Below, in pieces: positions 36,071 to 48,290 of a stretch of 63,840 nucleotides of DNA. Source of the stretch: Octopus bimaculoides (lineage: Eukaryota); the NCBI RefSeq assembly GCF_001194135.2, contig NC_068993.1:19383926-19447765 (forward strand), given 5' to 3'. Below the pieces are notes generated by a model. That model was not told the origin of the DNA. It saw only the letters and a list, made by a program, of their open reading frames with translations, and searched no databases. Each line of letters starts with the position of its first letter. Position 1 is the stretch's first letter. A program made the position numbers and the translations under genes.

Positions 36071-37528
36071 ACATTCACACAACACACACATGCATACAAC
36101 GCACACACACACAACGCACACGCACACAACACACAAAATACACATACAAAACACACACAAAATACACATACAAAACACACACAACTCACACACATACATA
36201 CGCATACATATGCGCATGCGTACTTGTGTTGTACGCGTAGGGCTGTCAAGATCCATTAACTGAAAGTTGTAGCATAAGTTTTCTATGCTAAGCCAAGGAT
36301 AAAAACGAATGTCCTGATTAACCGCAAATGAATACACAAATAATTTACACTCAAACTGATTAATCTCAATTCCGCTTGTTACAATTAACATAACAAGTGT
36401 GTGTGTATCTGCGTATTTACGTGAGTGTGCATGCGTTTTTGTGAGTATGTGTTTGCATGCATTTGCTTTTAGTGTATTTAACATCTTAAATCAATAAAGA
36501 ATACCATGCAGTACGGTTTAAAAAACGTAGCCCTTTTTATAATATATTGACTACATAGCCCAGGGCTCAGGTTTAAGCAAAGAATTCCCTTTGCAAAGCT
36601 TGAAAAAGAACAGCATAAAATTTCTACTGGCTTTTAGCAGTTGTTCTAATTCCTGTCAATAAAGCCATCGATTAGGCATAACGTCTTCTAACTTTGGCAC
36701 ACGTTCCCTAGATAAAATCTCTAAAATGATTTGTTTGAACATTCTTCTTGCAGCTTTCGAGTGTTCCAGCGTAGAACAATAACCTCACCGAAGGTATTTT
36801 AATGTAATAAGCTTGCAGATATTTTTGTTTTACTTTCTTTCATTTCCCATCTCCATGCTACTCCTCTTACTACACACAAAGACTGTATATAGCTAAAATG
36901 AAATATATGGAGTGTATTAGATGTATTGTTAATACGTTCACAGCAAAATTCAATTTCATGGTTATTCTGGTAACGATGTTAAATATCTACCAAAACGTAG
37001 AATTGGCACTTTCTGCAAATCACGTTGCGTGAATAAACTTGACAATTCTCAACAAAAAATAGTTTCCAGCAACAATATTCTTCAACAAAAGATATATTGG
37101 TATATAAAGCTGCATCCTGCAGTTAAGCGTAATGAGTTTTTCAGTGGATATTTATCATTTCCATCATAAAATAATTAAATGAATTAATAAGGTCGAATAA
37201 TCAATGGATTCAATGACAAAAAGAATTTCTAAGATCATCTGCAGTCTTTTAACAATTTATTTGCTTTTCTTTCCAATCTTTCTTAAGGACATTCTATGCC
37301 GAAATATAAGATAAACTATGTGGATAATTCATTCTGGAAAAATAGAGATATAAACAGTGAACAAAACACTGGTGTCTCTGTTACCTCCTTGAAATTGTAT
37401 ATGCAATATTTCTCTTTCTGCTGAAGAGCGTTGGCTCGAAGCGTAAAAGACTTTCGCATTTACCTGAGCGTCAAACCAATACTTGTACATACGCCTGTCT
37501 TCGTCTTTTGTTTTTCTATAAATTTCAA

Positions 37529-37584
<56 letters not shown>

Positions 37585-38539
37585 NNNNNNNNNNNNNNNN
37601 NNNNNNNNNNNNNNNNNNNNNNNNNNNNNNNNNNNNNNNNNNNNNNNNNNNNNNNNNNNNNNNNNNNNNNNNNNNNNNNNNNNNNNNNNNNNNNNNNNNN
37701 NNNNNNNNNNNNNNNNNNNNNNNNNNNNNNNNNNNNNNNNNNNNNNNNNNNNNNNNNNNNNNNNNNNNNNNNNNNNNNNNNNNNNNNNNNNNNNNNNNNN
37801 NNNNNNNNNNNNNNNNNNNNNNNNNNNNNNNNNNNNNNNNNNNNNNNNNNNNNNNNNNNNNNNNNNNNNNNNNNNNNNNNNNNNNNNNNNNNNNNNNNNN
37901 NNNNNNNNNNNNNNNNNNNNNNNNNNNNNNNNNNNNNNNNNNNNNNNNNNNNNNNNNNNNNNNNNNNNNNNNNNNNNNNNNNNNNNNNNNNNNNNNNNNN
38001 NNNNNNNNNNNNNNNNNNNNNNNNNNNNNNNNNNNNNNNNNNNNNNNNNNNNNNNNNNNNNNNNNNNNNNNNNNNNNNNNNNNNNNNNNNNNNNNNNNNN
38101 NNNNNNNNNNNNNNNNNNNNNNNNNNNNNNNNNNNNNNNNNNNNNNNNNNNNNNNNNNNNNNNNNNNNNNNNNNNNNNNNNNNNNNNNNNNNNNNNNNNN
38201 NNNNNNNNNNNNNNNNNNNNNNNNNNNNNNNNNNNNNNNNNNNNNNNNNNNNNNNNNNNNNNNNNNNNNNNNNNNNNNNNNNNNNNNNNNNNNNNNNNNN
38301 NNNNNNNNNNNNNNNNNNNNNNNNNNNNNNNNNNNNNNNNNNNNNNNNNNNNNNNNNNNNNNNNNNNNNNNNNNNNNNGAGAGAGGGGGAAAGAGAAAGA
38401 GAGAGAGAGAGATGCATATATGCGTACAGGGTATCACCAACGGTACAAATAACGTGAAATACGTAAAGAAAGGAGTTAAATACGTAGCGTTCACTATTTG
38501 CCCATTGTTTTGGTCTAACGACACTCCATGTCATAGTTT

Positions 38540-39420
38540 CTTGTTGACGTCTTTTCTTGTCTTTCCATTCTTCTTCTCTTCCTCTGTTACTCCTTTGTGT
38601 TCCCTCTTCTATGGTGCGTCGCCAACCTCCACAGTTTCTGGTAACCGCTTCCCAGTTGCTAATGTTGATGTCGCAGGCCTTCATATCTCTTTTGCAAACA
38701 TCCTTGTATCGTAAGAACGCTCTTCCCACAGACCTAGTGCTCCTAGCAAGCTCTCCGTAGAGTATGTCCTCGGGGATTCTGCCATCTTCTATACGACTAA
38801 CATGTCCAAACAATCTCATATGTCTTTGCGTGAGGAGTGCAAAAATGATTGGTATTCCTACTTGCTTGAGGACATCTTTGTTGGGGACACGATTCTGCCA
38901 TTTGATGCTAACGATTTTCCGGAGGCAGCGCAGGTGAAAGATATTTAGGCGACGCTCTTGGCGTGCTGTATGGCGTCCAGGTCTCAGTGCCATACAGTAG
39001 AGTGCTAAGTACACATGCCTGGTAAATCTTCATTTTTGTGATCTTGGTCAGCTTATTGTTGTCCCATGCCCGTTTGGAGAGTTGGGTCATCACAGCAGCT
39101 GCCTTGCTAAGGCGTATATTGAGCTCGGCATCAAGGGATAGGTTGTAGGTGACGGTAGAGCCAAGATAGGTAAACTTCTCCACCTCCTATAGTCTGTGGT
39201 CTCCAAAATGTATGTTTGGAATGTCCGATGTAGCCTGACCCATGATGTTGGTCTTCTTGAGGCGGATAACTAAGCCAAAGTCGCTACATGCTTGCTCAAA
39301 GCAGTTGATGAGCCTTTGCAGGGCTTCCTCTGTGTGTGATACCAGAGCGGCATCACCAGCAAACAGCATCTCCTTGATCAAGACGCTTCTGATTTTGGTC
39401 TTGGCACGCAAGTACATCCG
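38540..39420 (-). mobile_element. RTE (BovB-like) LINE RT fragment, truncated at both ends, inactive
   Basis: LRAKTKIRSVLIKEMLFAGDAAL (catalytic FADD changed to FAGD); KFTYLGS; YQACVLSTLLYGTETWT; FHLRCLRKI; FGHVSRIEDGRIPEDILYGEL; RYKDVCKRDMK. Stop at 39187 and a frameshift near 38975. Confidence 0.97.
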
Positions 39421-39782
39421 CACACATGCATGCACACAGGCAGTCACACACACACTCACACACACACATACACACGTCCGTATATAATTACTCACACACG
39501 GTAGAAAACGAATATTCGAAAATATCACAACATCGATTAATCATTTGAAATATACTTCAACTTATGTATCTAAGTTTATAATGCATGATGACGTTCATAA
39601 ATGTCCCAACAAAGCTGCGTTACTGGCTCCGAATTGCTAAACGAATAGTGAAATATCTTCAGGGAAAAAGCTTAGATAACTTAGATACATAGTTTAAGGC
39701 AACTATATAGCCCTTCATTTGTGACAGCTGAAAAATGACGTGAATAGTGATATATCTGTTGCAATAATTTTAAATATTTCAT

Positions 39783-39812
39783 CTTTTGTCAAAGTTCTTT
39801 CGCCACACATCC
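39783..39812 (-). mobile_element. Partial inverted copy of the same hammerhead/pLTR repeat
   Basis: Reverse complement ggatgtgtggcgaaagaactttgacaaaag matches 5141-5168 gatggtggcgaaaggactctgacagag. Confidence 0.5.
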
Positions 39813-39861
39813 AATAAAAAAAAAAGGAATACGCAGAACAACAGGAGACATGTGTGATAGA

Positions 39862-39897
39862 GAGTCGCTGATGAGGTCACATGATGTGTGACGAAAC
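39862..39897 (+). ncRNA. Minimal type I hammerhead ribozyme core (3' cleavage strand lost)
   Basis: gtcg CTGATGA G GTCACA TGATG TGTGAC GAAAC: intact conserved boxes, a perfect 6-bp helix II and one extra nucleotide after A9. Confidence 0.6.
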
Positions 39898-39904
39898 TAA
39901 AATA

Positions 39905-39913
39905 ATGATTATG

Positions 39914-39969
<56 letters not shown>

Positions 39970-40097
39970 CTTTTCTACTTTAGGCACACGGCCTGAAATT
40001 TTTGGAGATTTGGCCAGTCAATTAGATCTACTCCAGTACGCAACTGGTAGTTAATTTATCGACCCCGAAAGGATGAAAGGCAAAGTCGACCTCAGCG
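39905..40097 (-). mobile_element. SINE family B 3' part with long (TTA)n tail
   Basis: Core at 40045-40092 and tail type 2; (TAA)n at 39905-39968. Confidence 0.85.
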
Positions 40098-40805
40098 ATC
40101 AAATATATAGTGCATGTGTTTAATTTGTAAAATACGATCATCCTCAAGTATAACAATATCTGTTTAAACACAATTTCACATCAAAAATCTTGCAAAACAA
40201 ATATATAAACGTAATAATTTTAAAATCAATCATGAAAAGCAATCGAACGGTATTTCGGACACATTAACCTCTTTTGAATAACAGAAAAGATGAAAGAAAG
40301 CAAAACTGGAAAATGAAGGAAGATGAAAAAATCAAAAAAAAATCTAAAAAACGTAAAAGCGAACTCCGGTCAAAGAAGCCAATCACATACGTTGGCAGTA
40401 GACTGACCGGAAATAGAGTATTGGAGACACAAAATGGAGTATTTTGAGACAGAAGAATGAATGCTAAGACTGGCGTATGTATAGGTACGCTTTGGTGTTT
40501 ATGTGTATGTATGTGTATAAAGCGTACGTAAAGTAGTTTCCGTGTGTATGTAATGTTTTCTATGTCGTCTGTTGTGTTATGTTGTGTTTGTATGAGGACG
40601 TAGATTTGTATCTACCGGTCGGAGTGAGTTCTGAGTGTGTCTATATCTGTGTGACGTATGAAGTAGGAGGTAAGCTAATGAGTTTTCGGTCAGCAAGTTA
40701 GTCTGTGTGTGTGTGTGTGTGTGCGCGCGTGTGCAAATGTTTGTGTGCAATGTGTGTGAAATCAGTGTGCATGCGTGTGCATTTATATTGATTACTTAAT
40801 TGATT

Positions 40806-41012
40806 TCAAATTTTGGCACAAGGTCAGCAATTTCAGGGGAAGGGTAAGTCGCTTACATCAACCCCTGTGCTCAAATGGTACATATTTTATCGACCCAGAA
40901 AGGATAAAGGGCAAAGTGGACCACGGCAGAATTTGAACTCAGAATCTGAAGACGGACGAAATACCGATAAGCATTTCGCCCGACATGCTAACGGTTCTGC
41001 CAGCTCGCCGCC
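40806..41012 (-). mobile_element. SINE family B with 23-bp TSD (1 mismatch)
   Basis: TTATATTGATTACTTAATTGATT at 40783-40805 and TTATATTGATTAATTAATTGATT at 41013-41035. Confidence 0.9.
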
Positions 41013-41429
41013 TTATATTGATTAATTAATTGATTAACAGATAAATATATACACATTCGCATACATACATACATAATACATATAAGTGTGTGTGTGTGAG
41101 CGTTTGCATGTGTGTGTATATATACATTGATTGGTAATAATTTGAAGGAGTACTCAGTACAAGAGTAGAGTGCAATGATATATTTGAACCGGTGTAGTGG
41201 AATCCACCTTTGGAGTGGCCACAGCGTACTGACGCTTCTACAATATGACTTGCCTTAACACGAGATAGGTTGTGGAAATCTAGAGTTAGGGGTCACAGGA
41301 GCGAATTACATAAACTCTCTCTTCCTTTCTCTATCTTCTTCCCCCTCTCTCTCCTGCCTTCTCTCTCTCTTTCTTTCTCTCTGTCTCTCTCTCCCCTTAT
41401 TTTATATGTATATATATACATACACATAT

Positions 41430-42010
41430 AGAATGAGCGGTAACTCGCTTTGTGGCGAGCAGACAGCAGGAAAATCTTCAGAGGAAGGATTCCCATCACA
41501 CAAGTGCTTAGATCCGTTAGCTCATGACACTCAAAGGAAAACAAGCCCACTTAGGTAGTGACCTCTAGGTGTCTTCCTGTTGTTATTTAAAAAAGCACAT
41601 TCAGCGGAAATCGAACTCAAAACTTTTGAATACACTAATTATTTAGTGACCGCCACTTGAACATTTCAAATTGGATGTTCTTCCTGCAATGTTTAATTGC
41701 TTACTGCATCCGTTTCGGTTCCACCAATCATTCCTTTTTGCTCATAACATCATCCAACTTTCCTCAACTGTCTCTAACAGGCGTTTCATTTACACGAACC
41801 AAGATTCCGAGCTGGCCTAATAATTGGCACATTGACGCTGCGACAAACCGCTGTAAGCCAACTTCCGCTGCTTTTACTTGCAACAATAATCTCTTTTGTT
41901 AGTTCTTTCACCAGATCATCATACTTTCTTACTTTAAATTGTTGTTTCTCTTCTCGGCTCACATGAGTGGCTGTCAACTCAACCAAGAAGAAATTGGCAC
42001 CTGATTTCGA
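41430..42010 (-). mobile_element. HERO/NeSL-like (R2 group) non-LTR remnant: RLE endonuclease end plus 3' UTR
   Basis: LVELTATHVSREEKQQFKVRKYDDLVKEL, then after a frameshift QVKAAEVGLQRFVAASMCQLLGQLGI; cf. ELTxPxE..KxxKY..L..EL....VEVGxRGFV. Confidence 0.65.
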
Positions 42011-42278
42011 GAAAATAATACAATGGCTAATCTTTGTCCGTTCATATGGATACCATAAGAATAGTTTTTTTTTTTCGTTTTTCCGCCAGTCAAGGAGTCT
42101 TCTTATATTTCCTATCTCTCTTCAGGTATGGAAAGGTTTTCTCCAAGCAAACTTCATGTCTAAGCATCTTTGTTTTATCGAAATTACTTCTCCCCCTCAC
42201 TTCTTCTGCAATACACACACGCACGAACATCCATACATCCATACATTTTCGCTTATATACATACCTATATATACATAC

Positions 42279-42309
<31 letters not shown>

Positions 42310-42321
42310 CGTGCATGCATA

Positions 42322-42367
<46 letters not shown>

Positions 42368-42756
42368 NNNNNNNNNNNNNNNNNNNNNNNNNNNNNNNNN
42401 NNNNNNNNNNNNNNNNNNNNNNNNNNNNNNNNNNNNNNNNNNNNNNNNNNNNNNNNNNNNNNNNNNNNNNNNNNNNNNNNNNNNNNNNNNNNNNNNNNNN
42501 NNNNNNNNNNNNNNNNNNNNNNNNNNNNNNNNNNNNNNNNNNNNNNNNNNNNNNNNNNNNNNNNNNNNNNNNNNNNNNNNNNNNNNNNNNNNNNNNNNNN
42601 NNNNNNNNNNNNNNNNNNNNNNNNNNNNNNNNNNNNNNNNNNNNNNNNNNNNNNNNNNNNNNNNNNNNNNNNNNNNNNNNNNNNNNNNNNNNNNNNNNNN
42701 NNNNNNNNNNNNNNNNNNNNNNNNNNNNNNNNNNNNNNNNNNNNNNNNNNNNNNNN

Positions 42757-42817
<61 letters not shown>

Positions 42818-42867
42818 TACATATATACTAGCAGAGATACACGGCACTGTTCGGGAACAGAATGGCG

Positions 42868-43090
42868 TAGTTCTTTATTGTTTTACTTGCTTCGGTCATG
42901 TGATTGCGGCCATGCAGGAGCACCACCTTTAGTTGATGAAATTGACGACAGGGTTTATTCGTTGCAAGCATTCTACGTATTCTATCTATCGGTGTGTTTT
43001 GCAAACGGCTAAATTACGGGGACGTAAACACAGCAGCATCAGTAGTCAAGCGATGGTGGGAGTAGAAATACAGAAACACACAGAGAAACA
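42868..43090 (-). mobile_element. SINE family A, 3' half
   Basis: ttttacttgcttcggtcatgtgattgcggccatgcaggagcaccacc..ttacggggacgtaaacacagcagcatc. Confidence 0.85.
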
Positions 43091-44144
43091 CACACAACCA
43101 CACACACACACGCACGCATATATATATATGCATATAAATATATATATATACATATATATAAACATATGTAAATATATATATATATATATATATACATATG
43201 TATAAACATATATAAAGATATATANNNNNNNNNNNNNNNNNNNNNNNNNNNNNNNNNNNNNNNNNNNNNNNNNNNNNNNNNNNNNNNNNNNNNNNNNNNN
43301 NNNNNNNNNNNNNNNNNNNNNNNNNNNNNNNNNNNNNNNNNNNNNNNNNNNNNNNNNNNNNNNNNNNNNNNNNNNNNNNNNNNNNNNNNNNNNNNNNNNN
43401 NNNNNNNNNNNNNNNNNNNNNNNNNNNNNNNNNNNNNNNNNNNNNNNNNNNNNNNNNNNNNNNNNNNNNNNNNNNNNNNNNNNNNNNNNNNNNNNNNNNN
43501 NNNNNNNNNNNNNNNNNNNNNNNNNNNNNNNNNNNNNNNNNNNNNNNNNNNNNNNNNNNNNNNNNNNNNNNNNNNNNNNNNNNNNNNNNNNNNNNNNNNN
43601 NNNNNNNNNNNNNNNNNNNNNNNNNNNNNNNNNNNNNNNNNNNNNNATATATATATATATATACATACATGAGATATGGATCTTGAATCTTTGTAGAACT
43701 CTTTTCCCAAGAATACATCCTTAAATGTTATGTATCTTCCATGAAGAGCGGATGTATTTGCACTTTCAAACGAGCTCTGTCCCGTGTTATAAACACCATT
43801 AGTGTTAAATAATATTGTAAAATGGTGGAATTTTGGAAATCGTCTTTATTTAGTACCTAGTAGTTATCTTGTTATTTTCATTGAAATCGGAGTTATTTGA
43901 AATTTCCCCCCTTTAAACCCCCTAATCGCAATGGAAAGTAAATTTTATGTAGCTCATTATCTTTCTCATAAAATTTTACATGAGAACACATACTTTGTTT
44001 TTATGTATCTTCTATTCCCTTCCGTCCTATTGATGTACAGACACACAGACGTTGAGCTTTATAATATAAAATTATATATATTATATATATGTTATATGAA
44101 TATATATACATGTATGTGTGTGTGTGTACACACAATATATAGGA

Positions 44145-44650
44145 AGGGTTTAAAAAGTCTACGACTTGAGTCCCTGGATCGAAGACGTAAGAGATAACTA
44201 ATAGTCTACATATGGAAAATTCTGGGAGAGTTAGTACTTAATTTCGTCATCGAACGTCATACAAATCTCCGCACTGGACGCTATTGCTGCGAACTAAAGG
44301 TTCCGTTCACCCTGTCTAAAACCAGGACCATGTTCTGCAATAGCTTAGAATGTAAAGACTCACAACCCATTAATGCCCTGCGGAAGAAAATTCGGAAACC
44401 TACGTAATGTTGATGTGGATGTATTCAAAAAGGAACTGGTCATTCTCCTATCCATGATATCAGTCGAACCACTGTCCCTACAGGGTGTATAGATTAGGGC
44501 ATCAGTGTCCAACTCCCTCAGCAAAGGGAGTGGTGATATATTATATGAAGTCTATTCACTCTGACGATGTAGAAAAGGTAGAAAATCATGGTGTTGCTCT
44601 AACATGTCCGCACCAGTCGTATAGCTGAAACGGAATAAAGAAATAAAATA
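44145..44650 (+). mobile_element. CR1-group LINE 3' end, decayed
   Basis: LKSLRLESLDRRRKR*LIVYIWKILGELVLN; NVDVDVFKKEL; SNSL; UTR ggtgttgctctaacatgtccgcaccagtcgtatagctgaaacggaataaagaaataaaa. Confidence 0.75.
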
Positions 44651-44662
44651 TCTATGTGTATA

Positions 44663-45130
44663 AAGGCGCGGAAGTGGCTGTGTGGTAAGTAGCTTGCCTA
44701 CGAATCACATGGTTCCGGGTTCAGTCCCACTGCGTGGTACCTTGAGCAAATGTCTTCTACTATAGCCTCGGGCCGACCAAAGTGGATTTGGTAGACAGAA
44801 GCTGAAAGAAGCCCGTCGTATTCATACATACATACATACATACATACATACACATATGTGTGCGTGTGTGTGTGTGTGCGTGCGTGTGTGTGCGTGCGTG
44901 CGTATATGTTTGTGTGTATATGTTTGTGTGTTTGTGTTTGTCCCCCCACCATCGCTTGACAACCGATGTATTTACCTCTGCATAAACTAGCGGTTCGGCA
45001 AAAGAGACCGATAGAATAAGTACTAGGCTTACGAAAAATAAGTCCCGGGGACAATTTGTTCGACTATTGACGGTGCTTCAGCATGGCCGCATCAAATGAC
45101 CGAAACAAATGAAAGAATAAAAGAATATAG
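44663..45130 (+). mobile_element. SINE family A, full length
   Basis: Head, internal (CATA)/(TG) tract, canonical tail. Confidence 0.95.
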
Positions 45131-45439
45131 ATAGNNNNNNNNNNNNNNNNNNNNNNNNNNNNNNNNNNNNNNNNNNNNNNNNNNNNNNNNNNNNNNNNNN
45201 NNNNNNNNNNNNNNNNNNNNNNNNNNNNNNNNNNNNNNNNNNNNNNNNNNNNNNNNNNNNNNNNNNNNNNNNNNNNNNNNNNNNNNNNNNNNNNNNNNNN
45301 NNNNNNNNNNNNNNNNNNNNNNNNNNNNNNNNNNNNNNNNNNNNNNNNNNNNNNNNNNNNNNNNNNNNNNNNNNNNNNNNNNNNNNNNNNNNNNNNNNNN
45401 NNNNNNNNNNNNNNNNATATATATATATATATATATATG

Positions 45440-45515
45440 AATGTGCGTGTGTTTGTTCCCCCAACATTGCTAGACAGCCGATGCTGGTGCGTTTACATCC
45501 CCGTAACTTAGCGTG
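45440..45515 (+). mobile_element. SINE family A internal fragment
   Basis: gtttgttcccccaacattgctagacagccgatgctggtgcgtttacatccccgtaacttagcg. Confidence 0.8.
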
Positions 45516-46392
45516 TGTGTGTGTGTGTGTGTGTGTTTATGAGAGAGAGAGAGAGAGTGTGTGTGAGAGAGTATGTGTGTATATACATAGATGTATGTAT
45601 ACATGTACAAACACATACAAACACACCCACCTACGCACATATATATAAAAACAAGTTAGCATTAAACTGAAATACCATTGGATGCACTCGTGTGGAATAC
45701 TTGTTTACTAAATTTGAACAGGTATATTTTGATAGAGACTTCGAAATTTCGGCTTACTCTCTTTGTAGTTTTTCCTTTCAGAATGTAATACACACACTCA
45801 CACACGTACACAAACATGTGCGTGTGCGTGTCTGTGCATGCTTATGTGTGTGTGTATGTATATATGTATGCATATATGTACGTTACATATATGTATGTAT
45901 GTATGCATGTATGTTGTATGTATGCTACATGCATGCATGTATGTATGTTTGTATGTATGTTGTATGTATGTATGCATGTAAGTATGTATATATGTACGTA
46001 CGCATGCTTATATGCAAAGATACACAACGTTTGTATTTGGAAAACGTGTATGCATATGCACAGAAGCATAAATGCACGTGTGGATGTCCGTGTGTGTGTG
46101 TGCGTGCGTGCGTGCGTGCAAGCGTGCATATACATACATATACACAATGAAACACAGAAGATTCACATTCAAACATTTACAAGTACACGCTCATACACAT
46201 GCAAGCACAACACTACACTCTAGTACAAACTCAAACAAACACACTTGCACATAAGCGTACATGCACACACGCACTCACTCATTTTCACAGACTCGCAGGC
46301 ACAACCGCACAAGCATTTACGGGAAATCAAGCATGAATTATGGTATTTCGTAATAGACTGTAAACTAAGAAATCAAGAAAAAGAAACAGAGA

Positions 46393-46580
46393 GTAGGCGC
46401 AAGGAATGGCTGTACGGTAAGAAGCTTACTTCACAACCACATGGTTCCGGATTCAGTCCCAGTGCGTGGCATCTTGGTCAAGAGTCTTCTCCTAAAGGGT
46501 TGGGACAACGAAAACCTTGTGAGGGGAGTTGGTAGACGCAAACTAAAGGAAGCTCGTCGTATATGTCAGTCTGCCTGCCT

Positions 46581-46614
<34 letters not shown>

Positions 46615-46860
46615 CTGTATGTATGTATATATACGTGTGTGTGCTCGTGTGTGACTTTGTGTCTGTGTTTTCCCCACCATCACCGGTTAACAACTGGCAT
46701 TGGTGTGTTACGTCCCCGTGACCATGGCAGTTCGGCAAAAGAGACCGATAGGATAAGTCCTAGGCTTTAAAAAAATAACTCCTGGTGTCGATTCGTTCGG
46801 CTAAAACCCTTTAAAGCGGTGCTCCAGCATGGCTGCAGATTGAAACAAGTAAAAGAGTCA
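46393..46860 (+). mobile_element. SINE family A, full length, internal (CTGT)n
   Basis: Head aggcgcaaggaatggctgtacggtaagaagc; tail gcggtgctccagcatggctgcagattgaaacaagtaaaaga. Confidence 0.93.
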
Positions 46861-46879
46861 GGGTATGAAACCGCTGTTG

Positions 46880-47055
46880 CAACAACCACTGATTACCCCA
46901 TGTCAACCCTGGTGGAGCAGACTTACATCGAAACCATTATAGCCACGACCAACACGCATTGATTATTAGGACAACTTCATCTGATGTATCCTTCTTTTTT
47001 CGAGGCAAACGGGGTGTGATTTAAGGGAGATGTCGGCATCTATTTCTAGAGAGGC
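46880..47055 (-). mobile_element. Repeat family D fragment
   Basis: Reverse complement ctagaaatagatgccgacatctcccttaaatcacacccc..tctgctccaccagggttgacatgggg. Confidence 0.6.
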
Positions 47056-47069
47056 TCTTTCCTTGTCTG

Positions 47070-47450
47070 TTTGGAGCTCTGATGTTGCTGTGGTGTTATT
47101 TCTGCCTCAGCTGTTTGCTGTTGCTTGTGGTACTGTTGCTAACTATGCTACCGAAGTAGCTGCTGCTGCTGCTGCTGCTGCTTGTATTTTGGCGCCATCA
47201 CTACAGCTGTTGTCGCCCTGGTTGTTACTGCTACTTCTGTCAGTGTTGCTGCTGCGCTTGTCGCGGCTGCTGCTGTTATTGATGCTGACAGGAGATTGTC
47301 TCAGCTGTTATTGTTGCTTCTGAACTATCACCGTTACTGGTGCTGCTGGTGCTGCTAATCCTGCTGTTTTTGTTGTTTGTGCTGCTGCTACTGCTGCATC
47401 TACTTTGCGGCTGCTGTGTTCCACTTTTAGCTGTCATTTTTAGCAGGCAG
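47070..47450. repeat. Degenerate (CTG/TTG)n tract
   Basis: Poly-A/L/Q/S translations only. Confidence 0.8.
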
Positions 47451-47832
47451 CACTTCGAGAGATGTTGCAAAATCGCCGGCAGAGCAAGTACGATACCAGC
47501 TGAGCGCAATTCACTGATTGGAATTTATAAAAATATATTTTCTTCTATGTTTATACACATATTATAAGTACGGATATAACTGTAAATACATATCTATATA
47601 TACATATATATACACTTCTGTTTTGACATAGGAGTAACACTGGAGCAACAGGAGACGCGATATGTATATGTATATATATATCTACTTACGCACACATACA
47701 CAAGCATACCCACGCAAACAACTCCTCCACAGATAAACAACTCCTCCACAGATAAACACAAACGCATACATATCAGTACATACGATTTTAAAATGATATA
47801 CATAAAAAGAAGCACTTAACTAACAAAGAGTC

Positions 47833-48290
47833 ACCGTGTAGTCGCTCGACTTGTTAGAAATAGCATCTAAATTTCCCTCAAATTATAAATTATTTTTTAA
47901 TATTTTTCGAAGAAGACTACACAATTTCAACACACACTCTTGGCGCATAGCCCCCCAAAAATATTAAATGGCTATGCTTCGAAAGCTATGATCGTAGACA
48001 TACTTAGTCAGGACTGACCGGGGGCTAAATAACAGAAACTAAAGAAAACAGGCGTAATCGAGCGAATCTCTATTATACAGTGGTACGATATGATAGAAAA
48101 ACAGAGATAGGATTCCCTCGTATCGCAATGTCTTAGAAAAAAAGAAAAGAAAAGAAAAGAAAAGAAAAGAAAAGAAAAGAAAAGAAAGAAGTGACATTGT
48201 GTAATGCAATCTTTAATTCTACATGAGCCGATACGGTTGGAACCCCTGTGATAATATGTTCGTTCAATTAGGGCTGATTTAGGGCTGAAC
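47833..48290 (+). mobile_element. Two adjacent family D fragments; the second contains (AAAAG)n at about 48135-48190
   Basis: gtagtcgctcgacttgttagaaatagcatctaaatttccctcaaat..gactgaccgggggctaaataac; second ends tcaattagggctgatttagggctgaac. Confidence 0.55.

Noticed and set aside
41470-41535. Discontinuous hammerhead-like motif in the HERO-like 3' UTR (AGTGTC..AAGCACT..CTGAAGA, minus strand)
   Set aside because: The GAAA box is mutated and helices I and II do not pair in this copy; testable only on a family consensus.
47716-47758. 19-bp tandem duplication; similar small duplications at 14595-14626 and 36125-36175
   Set aside because: Ordinary slippage duplications; no spacers, so not CRISPR-like.
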